A stretch of DNA of 61,909 nt from Bacteroidota bacterium (lineage in GTDB: Bacteria > Bacteroidota > Rhodothermia > Rhodothermales > UBA10348), in contig JACZYD010000004.1 in assembly GCA_022571255.1 (NCBI GenBank), positions 1-61,909 on the forward strand, given 5' to 3'. Numbering within the stretch: the stretch's first letter is position 1; every line of letters begins with the position of its first letter. The translations under genes were made by a program, and so were the position numbers. The notes below the pieces were generated by a model. That model was not told the DNA's origin. It saw only the letters and a program-made list of their open reading frames with translations, and ran no database searches. Below, piece after piece: positions 18,406 to 27,179 of this stretch.

Positions 18406-19791
18406 ATGACTGAAGAATCGACGACTAAACAGAGTCCAATAGCACAGCTTCTGGCACAACCGCCCGGATCCATGGGTGGCGCAGGAGCCGGGCCCGGCCC
18501 TCGTGATCCGTCAGGCAGGGGCGGCGGCGAAGGGATGGACAGACAGCTTGAAAAGGTATTCTGGACCCGTCAGCGAATAATCATGATAACCGGGTTTGTG
18601 GCTTTTGTCGCACTTGTCGGGTATGCTCTGTCCACCACGACCGGCGGTCGAAAACTGAATGTGGATCGCGAGCGCCTGACCATTTCCACTGTCGAATTTG
18701 CTCCGTTTCAGGAAATGATATCCGCAACGGGAAATGTATTTCCGCGCAGATCCGTTTTCCTCGACGCGGAAGAAGGCGGGAAAATTGATGAGATTTTTGT
18801 TCTCGAGGGCGAAATAGTGGAGAGAGGTCAGCCCATTCTTCGCCTTTCCAATGCCAATCTTCAATCGCAGGTATTCAGCTCTGAAACCTCGCGAATAGAA
18901 CAGATCAACCGACTGGAACAAACCCGTTTTTCAGTAGAGACACAGAGTTTGCGTACTCGGCAGGACTTGGCAAATATGGACTATAATATCACGCGCCTCG
19001 GCCGCGATGTCGCCCGCAACGAAGAGCTGTTCAAGAAACAGGCCATCTCGGAGAGGGAATACTGGCAGACGAGAGACGAATACGATTATCAGGTTCGGCG
19101 TCGCGCGCTCACCCAGGACCAGTTTCGATCTGACTCGCTTCGCCAGACATTTCAGATCGAAAACATGGAAAATGCCATAGCGCGCATGGAAGAAAATTAT
19201 TTACTGGTACAGGCCCGCCTTGAAAAACTGACCCTCCGTGCACCCGTTGATGGAATACTTTCGCAGTTGAACGCGGAACTGGGAGAGTTGCGCAGTTCCG
19301 GATTCCGCTTCGGACAGGTCGATATGCTTGACGGTGTAAAGGTGACCGCGGGCGTCGACGAATATCATATCAGCCGAGTCAAAAAGGGGCAGCGCGCCAT
19401 TACAAGTAACATCCCGGGCTCGAGCAAGGATTATGAGATGATCGTGCGCCGGGTTTTTCCCGAAGTGGCCAACGGCCGTTTTCAGGTAGATCTTGATTTT
19501 ATTGATCCACCAGAAAATATTCGCCGCGGCCAGACGATTCGATTTCGACTCGAAATGAGTGATCCGGAAAACAAAATCGTGGTGCCACAGGGTGGGTTTT
19601 TTCAGGAAACGGGCGGTAACTGGATTTATGTAGTCGATGAGTCCGGCAATTTTGCGGTTAAACAAAATATTCGACTCGGACGAAAGAATCTGCAGGTTTA
19701 TGAAGTCCTTGAAGGATTGAAGGAAGGTGACCGGGTGGTAACCTCTTCCTATGGCACATATAACACCGTCGACAGACTCGTATTCAAATAG
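18406..19791 (+). CDS. Efflux periplasmic adaptor (MacA/HlyD-like)
   Basis: Single TM, biotinyl-lipoyl halves (EEGGKIDEI..GQPIL; RAPVDG), coiled coil, GLKEGDRVVTS. Start could be 18535. Confidence 0.9.
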   Translation: MTEESTTKQSPIAQLLAQPPGSMGGAGAGPGPRDPSGRGGGEGMDRQLEKVFWTRQRIIMITGFVAFVALVGYALSTTTGGRKLNVDRERLTISTVEFAPFQEMISATGNVFPRRSVFLDAEEGGKIDEIFVLEGEIVERGQPILRLSNANLQSQVFSSETSRIEQINRLEQTRFSVETQSLRTRQDLANMDYNITRLGRDVARNEELFKKQAISEREYWQTRDEYDYQVRRRALTQDQFRSDSLRQTFQIENMENAIARMEENYLLVQARLEKLTLRAPVDGILSQLNAELGELRSSGFRFGQVDMLDGVKVTAGVDEYHISRVKKGQRAITSNIPGSSKDYEMIVRRVFPEVANGRFQVDLDFIDPPENIRRGQTIRFRLEMSDPENKIVVPQGGFFQETGGNWIYVVDESGNFAVKQNIRLGRKNLQVYEVLEGLKEGDRVVTSSYGTYNTVDRLVFK

Positions 19792-19820
19792 ATCAGAAAT
19801 CACAGCACAGGCAAACCACA

Positions 19821-20579
19821 ATGATTAAAACCGTAAATCTTACCAAAACCTATACCACCGAAGAGGTCGAGACCACCGCTCTCAATAACGTAACCCTCGA
19901 TATCAAGGAAGGTGAGTTTATCTCTATCATGGGACCGTCTGGATGTGGTAAATCCACGTTACTCAATATTATTGGCCTGCTCGACAATCCTACATCCGGC
20001 GAATTCTATTTCATGGGAACCGAGATTTCGAAACTGAACGAGCGACAACGCGCTCAGATGCGAAAAGGAAACATCGGATTTGTATTTCAGAGTTTTAACC
20101 TGATCGACGAATTGACGGTATATGAAAATGTCGAGTTGCCGCTACTGTATCTCGGCATGGGTATCGACGAAAGAAAAGCGCGGGTCAACGCGGCCCTCGA
20201 GTCCGTACAGATTGTACACCGATTGAAACATTTTCCGCAGCAGCTATCCGGTGGTCAGCAGCAACGTGTTGCCATCGCGCGCTCCGTCGTTGCCGGACCA
20301 AAACTGATCCTGGCTGACGAACCTACTGGAAATCTCGATTCGACGCACGGAGAGGAAGTCATGAATCTGCTGACGCAAATGAACGAAGCGGGCACCACGA
20401 TTGCCATGGTAACACACTCTCCGGCAGACGCCGAATACAGTCAGCGAGTGATTCACCTGTTTGACGGTCATATCGTCACAGAGAATTTCATTCAGAGCCA
20501 CTACATTCACTCCGATAAATCCGCTGCAGAACCCGTCACGGAAGCAGACGCGCCAACCGAAACAGAGACGGATGCATAG
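19821..20579 (+). CDS. ABC transporter ATP-binding protein (LolD/MacB type)
   Basis: GPSGCGKST, LSGGQQQR, LADEPTGNLD. Confidence 0.95.
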   Translation: MIKTVNLTKTYTTEEVETTALNNVTLDIKEGEFISIMGPSGCGKSTLLNIIGLLDNPTSGEFYFMGTEISKLNERQRAQMRKGNIGFVFQSFNLIDELTVYENVELPLLYLGMGIDERKARVNAALESVQIVHRLKHFPQQLSGGQQQRVAIARSVVAGPKLILADEPTGNLDSTHGEEVMNLLTQMNEAGTTIAMVTHSPADAEYSQRVIHLFDGHIVTENFIQSHYIHSDKSAAEPVTEADAPTETETDA

Positions 20580-20581
20580 AC

Positions 20582-20851
20582 ATGAACGAGATCTGCATTC
20601 ACGTGCCTTCGCTGGACAAACAACAAACGGTAGAGGTCGCGGTTAGCGTAAACGGTGAAAAACGACTGATGAATTACCGTGTGGAATCGTTTGACTGGTC
20701 GGGAACAGGAGGCAGTCCGGTTCACCGGATCGAACGACTCAGAAATATGATTGAATCGTATGATTCGAAGTGGGAGTTGGTTCAGATTGGTGCCCCGGAC
20801 GGGCATCTGGTGCCTGTCATGTTCCGTCAGCGAGCGCTCGAATCCACATAG
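20582..20851 (+). CDS. Small hypothetical protein co-oriented with the ABC ATPase
   Basis: ATG 2 nt after the ATPase stop; 89 aa, globular composition. Confidence 0.7.
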   Translation: MNEICIHVPSLDKQQTVEVAVSVNGEKRLMNYRVESFDWSGTGGSPVHRIERLRNMIESYDSKWELVQIGAPDGHLVPVMFRQRALEST

Positions 20852-20926
20852 TTCCCAGGCGTCGGCGCCAACATCGACGCGGAGACACACAAGCACGTTA
20901 ACGAAGATTCCGTTTTATTATCCACG

Positions 20927-20966
20927 TGGCGAGGCGTATCGTTAACGCCTCGCCATCCTTGTTTTC
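20927..20966 (+). terminator. Putative intrinsic terminator
   Basis: 11-bp stem tggcgaggcgt / acgcctcgcca, 7-nt loop, followed by tccttgtttt. Confidence 0.55.
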
Positions 20967-20980
20967 AGGGCAGCTGAATC

Positions 20981-21796
20981 ATGCCATTTTCTAACCACAT
21001 CGTATGGATTTCCGGTGCGTCTTCCGGAATCGGAGCCGCCCTTGCCATAGAATTCAGCCGACATGGAGCGAGCGTTGTACTATCCGCCCGCCGCACAGAT
21101 ATGCTGGAAGAAGTACGGCAGCGATGTGCTCGACCGGACGATCACATGGTCCTTCCGCTCGATGCAGCCCGATCGGATACTCACCCGGGCGCTTATGAGA
21201 AAATATTGGAGCGCTACGGCCGCGTTGACGTTTTTGTGGCGAACGCGGGCGTTGACCAACGCTCCAGAGCAGCCAATACACCGCTCTCGGTGGAACGCCG
21301 CATCATGGAAGTCAATTATTTCGGGGCTGTTTCGATGACGCACTGTGTATTGCCGGATATGCTGGCTCGCGACAAAGGTCAGATTGCAGTCATATCCAGC
21401 GTGATGGGCTACCTCAGTACACCGTTGCATTCGTCATATGCGGCATCAAAACATGCCCTTCACGGATATTTTGAGGGCCTTCGCACAGAATTGATCCGAT
21501 CAGGAATAGATATTACCATGATCTGCCCGGGATATGTCCGGACCGATATTTCCGTTCACGCGCTGCGCCGGGATGGCTCGGAATATGGCAAGATGGATAG
21601 TGCGCATAAGTCAGCCATGACAGCCGAGGTATTTGCGCATCGTGCAGTTCGTGCAATTCGTCGCCGCAGAAGTGAGGTGCTTATTGGCGGCCCGGAGATC
21701 CTGACGGTCTTTTTAAAACGGTTTTTTCCACGGATCTTCAGATTTCTGGTGCCTCGATTGCACCACCTGGTGACGAACGGAAATCGCTCGAAGTAA
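20981..21796 (+). CDS. SDR family oxidoreductase (DHRS7-like)
   Basis: SGASSGIG, ANAG, YAASK. Confidence 0.9.
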   Translation: MPFSNHIVWISGASSGIGAALAIEFSRHGASVVLSARRTDMLEEVRQRCARPDDHMVLPLDAARSDTHPGAYEKILERYGRVDVFVANAGVDQRSRAANTPLSVERRIMEVNYFGAVSMTHCVLPDMLARDKGQIAVISSVMGYLSTPLHSSYAASKHALHGYFEGLRTELIRSGIDITMICPGYVRTDISVHALRRDGSEYGKMDSAHKSAMTAEVFAHRAVRAIRRRRSEVLIGGPEILTVFLKRFFPRIFRFLVPRLHHLVTNGNRSK

Positions 21797-21893
21797 ACAA
21801 CATCGAGCAGACCATTGCTTGAGATGTATTGTCGAAGGAGTGATCGGCCAGAACGTATTGGTCAGAACCCATGTCAACATCGTGTTTACAATC

Positions 21894-22557
21894 ATGAAAC
21901 GAATTCAGAATTTTTTCCACGTGTTTTTGGTCACGCTTTTTCTGTCGACTCTTTTTCTGATGGCGCAGTATGTTGCAGCACAGGGTGTAACGAGGACATA
22001 TGAGGTCTCCAGCGGCGGCATTCTCAAACTGGATATTGAAACGGGAGGGTCAATTACCGTCCGCGGTTGGAACCGTGACGAAGTCGACGTCAATATCTTC
22101 GTGAGCGGACGCGACGGAGGAGATGTCATCGTGGATCTGAACGAGATCCGAAACGGAATCAGCATTTCCACGGAATACGAGGGTCGGAATGGACAGGCCG
22201 ATGTGGACATCGAAATCCATGTCCCTGCTATATATGATATCGATCTGGAGACCATGGGTGGCGATGTTCGTCTGGAAAATGTTCGTGGCAACGTGAAAGG
22301 ACACACGATGGGCGGCGAGGTCACATTGATCGAGCCGGAGGGACTGGACATGGAACTGGACCTCGAAATCAAACTGGATGATCGCAAAGACTGGGATGAC
22401 TACGTAATAAGTGTCTGATTTCAAGCTTACCTGCGAGCGAACCGAAGACAGTGGTCGGCGAAAGAATATGTACGCATCCGGCATTGTGGGATCCGGAAAA
22501 CACCGGATTGAAATCAAAACGGTTTCCGGAAACATCTACCTCAAACGAGGCCGGTAG
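21894..22557 (+). pseudogene. DUF4097-like beta-strand repeat exported protein with a frameshift near 22410
   Basis: GGSITVRGW and TMGG repeats; ORF stops at 22418, but the next frame continues SDFKL...IEIKTVSGNIYLKRGR* to 22557. Confidence 0.7.
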
Positions 22558-22645
22558 ACCGGGCGGCCATCAAAAACATCAGAACTTCAGGCGCCTGGTC
22601 ACGCAATGCGGAATCAGGCGTTGCCGTAATCAGGGACCGTCGGAA

Positions 22646-23158
22646 TCAGGACTTGTCAGGGAAACCGTAGTGCACGATTCTTCTTCCGAATTCCTCTGAT
22701 TCCCTGAGGAAACTCATCCCCATTTTCTCGAACAGTTTCATCGATCCAATATTTTCCGGGTAAGATTTCGATTCGATCATAGGGAGATCGTATCGAGAGC
22801 GACCCAGCTCGAGTACGCACAGAACGGCTTCGGTGCCGTATCCCGCACCCCAGAATTTGCGGGCGAATCTCCAGCCGAAATCCTGAACATCACCGCATTC
22901 ACCCGCTGTCTCAAACCCGCAAAATCCCATCAGTTCGCCGCTTTCTGCATGTTCTACAGCAAATCGAATCCACCCACGTTTCTCAAAAAGCTCCATCATA
23001 CGGTGCACAAATTCCTCGGCATAGTCGCGTCCGCGAGGCTGACCCTCACCGATGTGTTTCATCACCTCCGGATCTGCGACCATCGCTGCATACGTTTCTA
23101 TATCCGTTTCGTCCCAGCTTCTGATGGTGAGGCGCTTGGTTCGTGCCAGAATTTCCAT
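22646..23158 (-). CDS. GNAT family N-acetyltransferase (RimJ/RimL-like)
   Basis: TKRLTIR, FWGAGYGTEA, NIGSMKLFEKMGM. Confidence 0.9.
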   Translation of the reverse strand: MEILARTKRLTIRSWDETDIETYAAMVADPEVMKHIGEGQPRGRDYAEEFVHRMMELFEKRGWIRFAVEHAESGELMGFCGFETAGECGDVQDFGWRFARKFWGAGYGTEAVLCVLELGRSRYDLPMIESKSYPENIGSMKLFEKMGMSFLRESEEFGRRIVHYGFPDKS

Positions 23159-23349
23159 ACTATAAATGCATCAGGATGTGCGTCAGAGGGTAAAACACAT
23201 GCGCACACGCACGTGAGCGCACTATACTGGAGTCTTATTAAGATACTGCGTATGTAGAGAACGGTAACACGGGATTTTTTTGCGTAGAATGTCGTTCACC
23301 CCGCGTTTTCTCAATTTTTCTCCGCCCGATCAATCTTCAACCAGTTTCC

Positions 23350-25746
23350 GTGAAACGAAAGAGCGAAGCTGCTCCGACAGCACCAAATTCGACCGAGAGC
23401 CGAAATTTTATCCAGCAGATTGTGGAAGACGATCTGAAACATGATCGGACCAACGGCCGGGTTATGACTCGTTTTCCACCGGAGCCGAACGGCTTTCTTC
23501 ACATCGGTCATGCGAAGGCCATTGCCATCAATTTCGGAATCGCCGCAGAGTATGGAGGTGTGTGTAATCTTCGTTTTGACGATACCAATCCTGAAACGGA
23601 GGATATGGCCTATGTGCAGGCCATAAAAGAGGATATCCGCTGGTTAGGCTTCGACTGGGGCGACCGGGAATATTTCGCTTCCGACTATTTCGATCAGCTG
23701 TACGAGTTCGGTATCAGGTTGATTGAAGATGGGAAGGCTTTCGTCGACAGTTTGAACGAGGAGGAAATCCGGGAGTATCGCGGAACGGTAACACGTCCGG
23801 GCAAAGACAGCCCTCACCGCACACGAAGCATCGATGACAACCTGGACCTTTTTCGGCGCATGCGCAACGGAGAATTTCCTGACGGGGCACACGTACTTCG
23901 GGCCAAAATCGACATGTCGTCGAACAATATGTTAATGAGGGATCCCGTGTTATACCGCATAAAACATGTCTCCCATTACCGGCGCGGAAACGATTTCCCC
24001 ATCTATCCGATGTACGACCTCGCACATCCCCTTTCGGACGCGATAGAGGGAATTACACATTCGTTCTGCACCCTGGAATTTGAAGTACATCGTGCATTAT
24101 ATGACTGGTTGGTCGATGCAGTTTTTGATCCTCCGAGACCTCATCAGTACGAATTTGCCCGGTTTAACCTGGATTATACGGTGATGAGCAAGCGAAAACT
24201 GCTCACAATGGTTGAAGATGGCATTGTGGATGGATGGGATGACCCACGAATGCCCACGCTGGCCGGATTCCGGCGCCGGGGTGTCACTCCTGAAGCCATC
24301 CTCAATTTTGCCGCCATGATCGGCGTCGCAAAAGCCCATAACCGTGTGGACATCGCGATGCTTGAATATGCGATTCGCGATGATTTAAATGCGAAGGCAC
24401 CCAGGGTCATGTGTGTTCTGCGTCCTCTCCGGGTGATCATCACCAATTATCCTGATAATGAAACCGAGTGGTCGGACGCCCCCTACTGGCCGCATGATAT
24501 TCCAAAAGAGGCCTCGAGGCCGTTGCCTTTTTCACGTGAGATTTTTATAGAACAGGATGATTTCCAGGAGAATCCGGAGCGAAATTTTCACCGGTTGGCT
24601 CCCGGCAGCGAAGTACGACTCCGATATAGCTATATCATTTGTTGCGAAAAGGTTATTCAGGATGCAGACGGAGCAATCACAGAATTACACTGCACGTACG
24701 ACAAGGATACCCGGAGCGGGTCAACCGCTTCTGAACGCCGCGTAAAGGGCACCATTCACTGGGTTTCAGCGAGCGAGGCCATTCCTGTTCAGGTTCGACT
24801 GTACGATCGCCTGTTTGCCGTACCGGATCCGGAAGACGTTCCTGAAGGGAAAACTTTTGTCGATCACCTGAATCCGGATTCGTTGAAAGTGCTTACGAAT
24901 TGCTTGGCCGAACCAAGTGTAAAGAACTGCTCAGTCGGAGATCGTTTTCAGTTTGAGAGACAGGGCTACTTCATTGTCGACAAAGATTCGAAAGATGCAG
25001 AAACGTTGGTTTTCAACCGGACGATTTCTCTGCGTGACACATGGGCCACCGACCGTGTGGGCGGCATAAGGAGGTCGGACGGGGCCTCAAAGAAACAAAG
25101 CAGCCTGAAAGAAGCCCGAACGAAAGAAAAAACGGCTGCAGACCGGGCTTCAGCAATCAGGCCTCCAACGCCAGTCGATCCGCTGACCAACCTGGACGAC
25201 GAGCAGACCAGCGAAGCGTTACGTCTCGAGAAATCGTATGGCATTCCGCTGGCCGATGCGGCACTCATTTCGACAGAATTGGAGTGGATAGCTTTTTTTG
25301 AGAAAGCGGCAGCACTTTCAGACTCGCCCGGTCGTGTCGTCTCTGTCGCAAACTGGATCGTGCAGGAATTACGCCCTGCCCTCATGGGTCAGAATCCGGC
25401 TTCGTCTCGTATCACCGCGAAGAATCTCGTTCGCCTGGTATCGCTGCAGGCCGAGGATACGATTTCCAGACGCATCGCCACTGAGATTTTCGGCATCATG
25501 CTGGAAAAAGGTGGAGATCCGCAATCCATTATGGACGAAAAGGGTCTGCGTCAGATATCGGATAACGCGGCCATCTCTGAGATGGTCGTTCAGATTCTCG
25601 CTGAATTTCCTGACCGCGTCACAGCGTTCAAAGGTGGTAAAAAAGGTCTGATCGGATTTTTTGTAGGCCAGGTGATGCAACGCAGCAAAGGAAAAGCAAA
25701 CCCGAAACTGGCCCAGTCGATCCTGCTGGAACAGCTCCGTGGATAG
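23350..25746 (+). CDS. glnS: Glutamine--tRNA ligase with C-terminal YqeY/GatB-like domain
   Basis: TRFPPEPNG, HIGH, VMSKR, FQFERQGYF; C-terminal GFFVGQVMQRSKGKANP. Confidence 0.96.
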   Translation: MKRKSEAAPTAPNSTESRNFIQQIVEDDLKHDRTNGRVMTRFPPEPNGFLHIGHAKAIAINFGIAAEYGGVCNLRFDDTNPETEDMAYVQAIKEDIRWLGFDWGDREYFASDYFDQLYEFGIRLIEDGKAFVDSLNEEEIREYRGTVTRPGKDSPHRTRSIDDNLDLFRRMRNGEFPDGAHVLRAKIDMSSNNMLMRDPVLYRIKHVSHYRRGNDFPIYPMYDLAHPLSDAIEGITHSFCTLEFEVHRALYDWLVDAVFDPPRPHQYEFARFNLDYTVMSKRKLLTMVEDGIVDGWDDPRMPTLAGFRRRGVTPEAILNFAAMIGVAKAHNRVDIAMLEYAIRDDLNAKAPRVMCVLRPLRVIITNYPDNETEWSDAPYWPHDIPKEASRPLPFSREIFIEQDDFQENPERNFHRLAPGSEVRLRYSYIICCEKVIQDADGAITELHCTYDKDTRSGSTASERRVKGTIHWVSASEAIPVQVRLYDRLFAVPDPEDVPEGKTFVDHLNPDSLKVLTNCLAEPSVKNCSVGDRFQFERQGYFIVDKDSKDAETLVFNRTISLRDTWATDRVGGIRRSDGASKKQSSLKEARTKEKTAADRASAIRPPTPVDPLTNLDDEQTSEALRLEKSYGIPLADAALISTELEWIAFFEKAAALSDSPGRVVSVANWIVQELRPALMGQNPASSRITAKNLVRLVSLQAEDTISRRIATEIFGIMLEKGGDPQSIMDEKGLRQISDNAAISEMVVQILAEFPDRVTAFKGGKKGLIGFFVGQVMQRSKGKANPKLAQSILLEQLRG

Positions 25747-25750
25747 TGCC

Positions 25751-27028
25751 TTATTGTTTCTTCCGTTCAGGAATAATTGCTTTGCCGCGACCGAGGAGAA
25801 AGGCGGAGTTCGTCCGGCTCGAAACCTGGTACACATCGCCTGACTCGACTTCGACGAGATTTTGGAATGGCTTTTCCGGCAGATGAAGAATACCAACCGG
25901 CTTGCCGAGGTTTTCGTCGATTCGCAGCGAACGTTTATCAATTCCGGAGGTAAAGCCAACCATCAGGTATTCGCTGTCGGCGAAGAAATACACGGTGTGA
26001 ACGCCGCCGTAAAATGACGGATGAGATTCGGACGGATTCAATGGTGATGGATCGTTCAAGACAAAACGTTTGTCTTCATCGATCTGGTAAATAAAAATAA
26101 CCCGTTTGTCTGCCCCCAGTTTTTCGATTACGTCGAACGTCAATTCAGAGCTGTTCGATGACCAGGCCATATTCCGGGGGCGATAACGATCCCCGACCAC
26201 GAGTGTGCCCTCTTCCTCGCCCGCAGATACGACATAAAGCATGGAATCGGGTTCATACTCGCGCGTGTCTTTGTTGAACACCAGGTCCCGGAGAATGTAG
26301 GCGATTTTTTGCCCGTCCGGAGACGGTGTCACATGATGCCATTTTCGGATGTCCGTCGTTTTACGCGTTGCACAATCCGATGGAGACACAGCGTACATAA
26401 AGTCGTTGTTTCGTACCAGTAGTGTCTCGGAGGCAGGCCAGGAAATCACGACCTGTGACGATGAACAACCGGCCTTCTGCAACCGACCGCTGCCACGGTT
26501 CAGCATCATGATCTCTCCCTTGCCTATGCTCATTCGCCCTTCGCCCTCAACCGGTGCGTAGTAGCCGAAGACAAACGACTGTTCGTCCGGCGACCAGGCG
26601 CTTGAATAAACCAGGGGCGCCCGGCCTGTATGAAGCACACGAGACGTCCCGGACTCGATATCTACATACGTCAGTTCAATCCGACCTTCGGACTCCGCGG
26701 CGTACACGATTGCAGACCCGGACGGAGCGCTGCTGGAAAAAATAACGTCGCCTCCGCCTCCGATGTAGGAAAGCTCCTCTCCAGAAGCGTCACGTAACGT
26801 CGATCTCGTCGAGTCGACCCAGATATACGTCGTTCCCAGATCCACCGATTCGGTTGATTCATTCTTGTCCGGACCGTCCAGGCCCGCCGATAATCCTCCT
26901 TTCGAACTCGAGCACGCGGTCAGTGAAAACAATACCAGAAAAAGCACCGCCCCCGTAAAACACGATAATCTCAGATCAAAACGCGAAAGAGGATGAGGGC
27001 GAGTTGAGCTGTTTACAGTTGAATGCAT
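25751..27028 (-). CDS. TolB-like (PD40) beta-propeller lipoprotein
   Basis: Lipobox LTAC; WSPD, SPDGQKIAY and WSSN repeats. Confidence 0.75.
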   Translation of the reverse strand: MHSTVNSSTRPHPLSRFDLRLSCFTGAVLFLVLFSLTACSSSKGGLSAGLDGPDKNESTESVDLGTTYIWVDSTRSTLRDASGEELSYIGGGGDVIFSSSAPSGSAIVYAAESEGRIELTYVDIESGTSRVLHTGRAPLVYSSAWSPDEQSFVFGYYAPVEGEGRMSIGKGEIMMLNRGSGRLQKAGCSSSQVVISWPASETLLVRNNDFMYAVSPSDCATRKTTDIRKWHHVTPSPDGQKIAYILRDLVFNKDTREYEPDSMLYVVSAGEEEGTLVVGDRYRPRNMAWSSNSSELTFDVIEKLGADKRVIFIYQIDEDKRFVLNDPSPLNPSESHPSFYGGVHTVYFFADSEYLMVGFTSGIDKRSLRIDENLGKPVGILHLPEKPFQNLVEVESGDVYQVSSRTNSAFLLGRGKAIIPERKKQ

Positions 27029-27179
27029 GGATTATTGCAGGTGTTCGTGGACAGCAATTGAAGCCACGTGTAACCATCGACCGGAAAAATCGTTCAGGGA
27101 TCAGCAAGGGTTTCCCAACACGTATCAATTGCATACTGTCCGTGTCGTCGAACCTGCCCCGATCCAGTCGAAAGAATAC

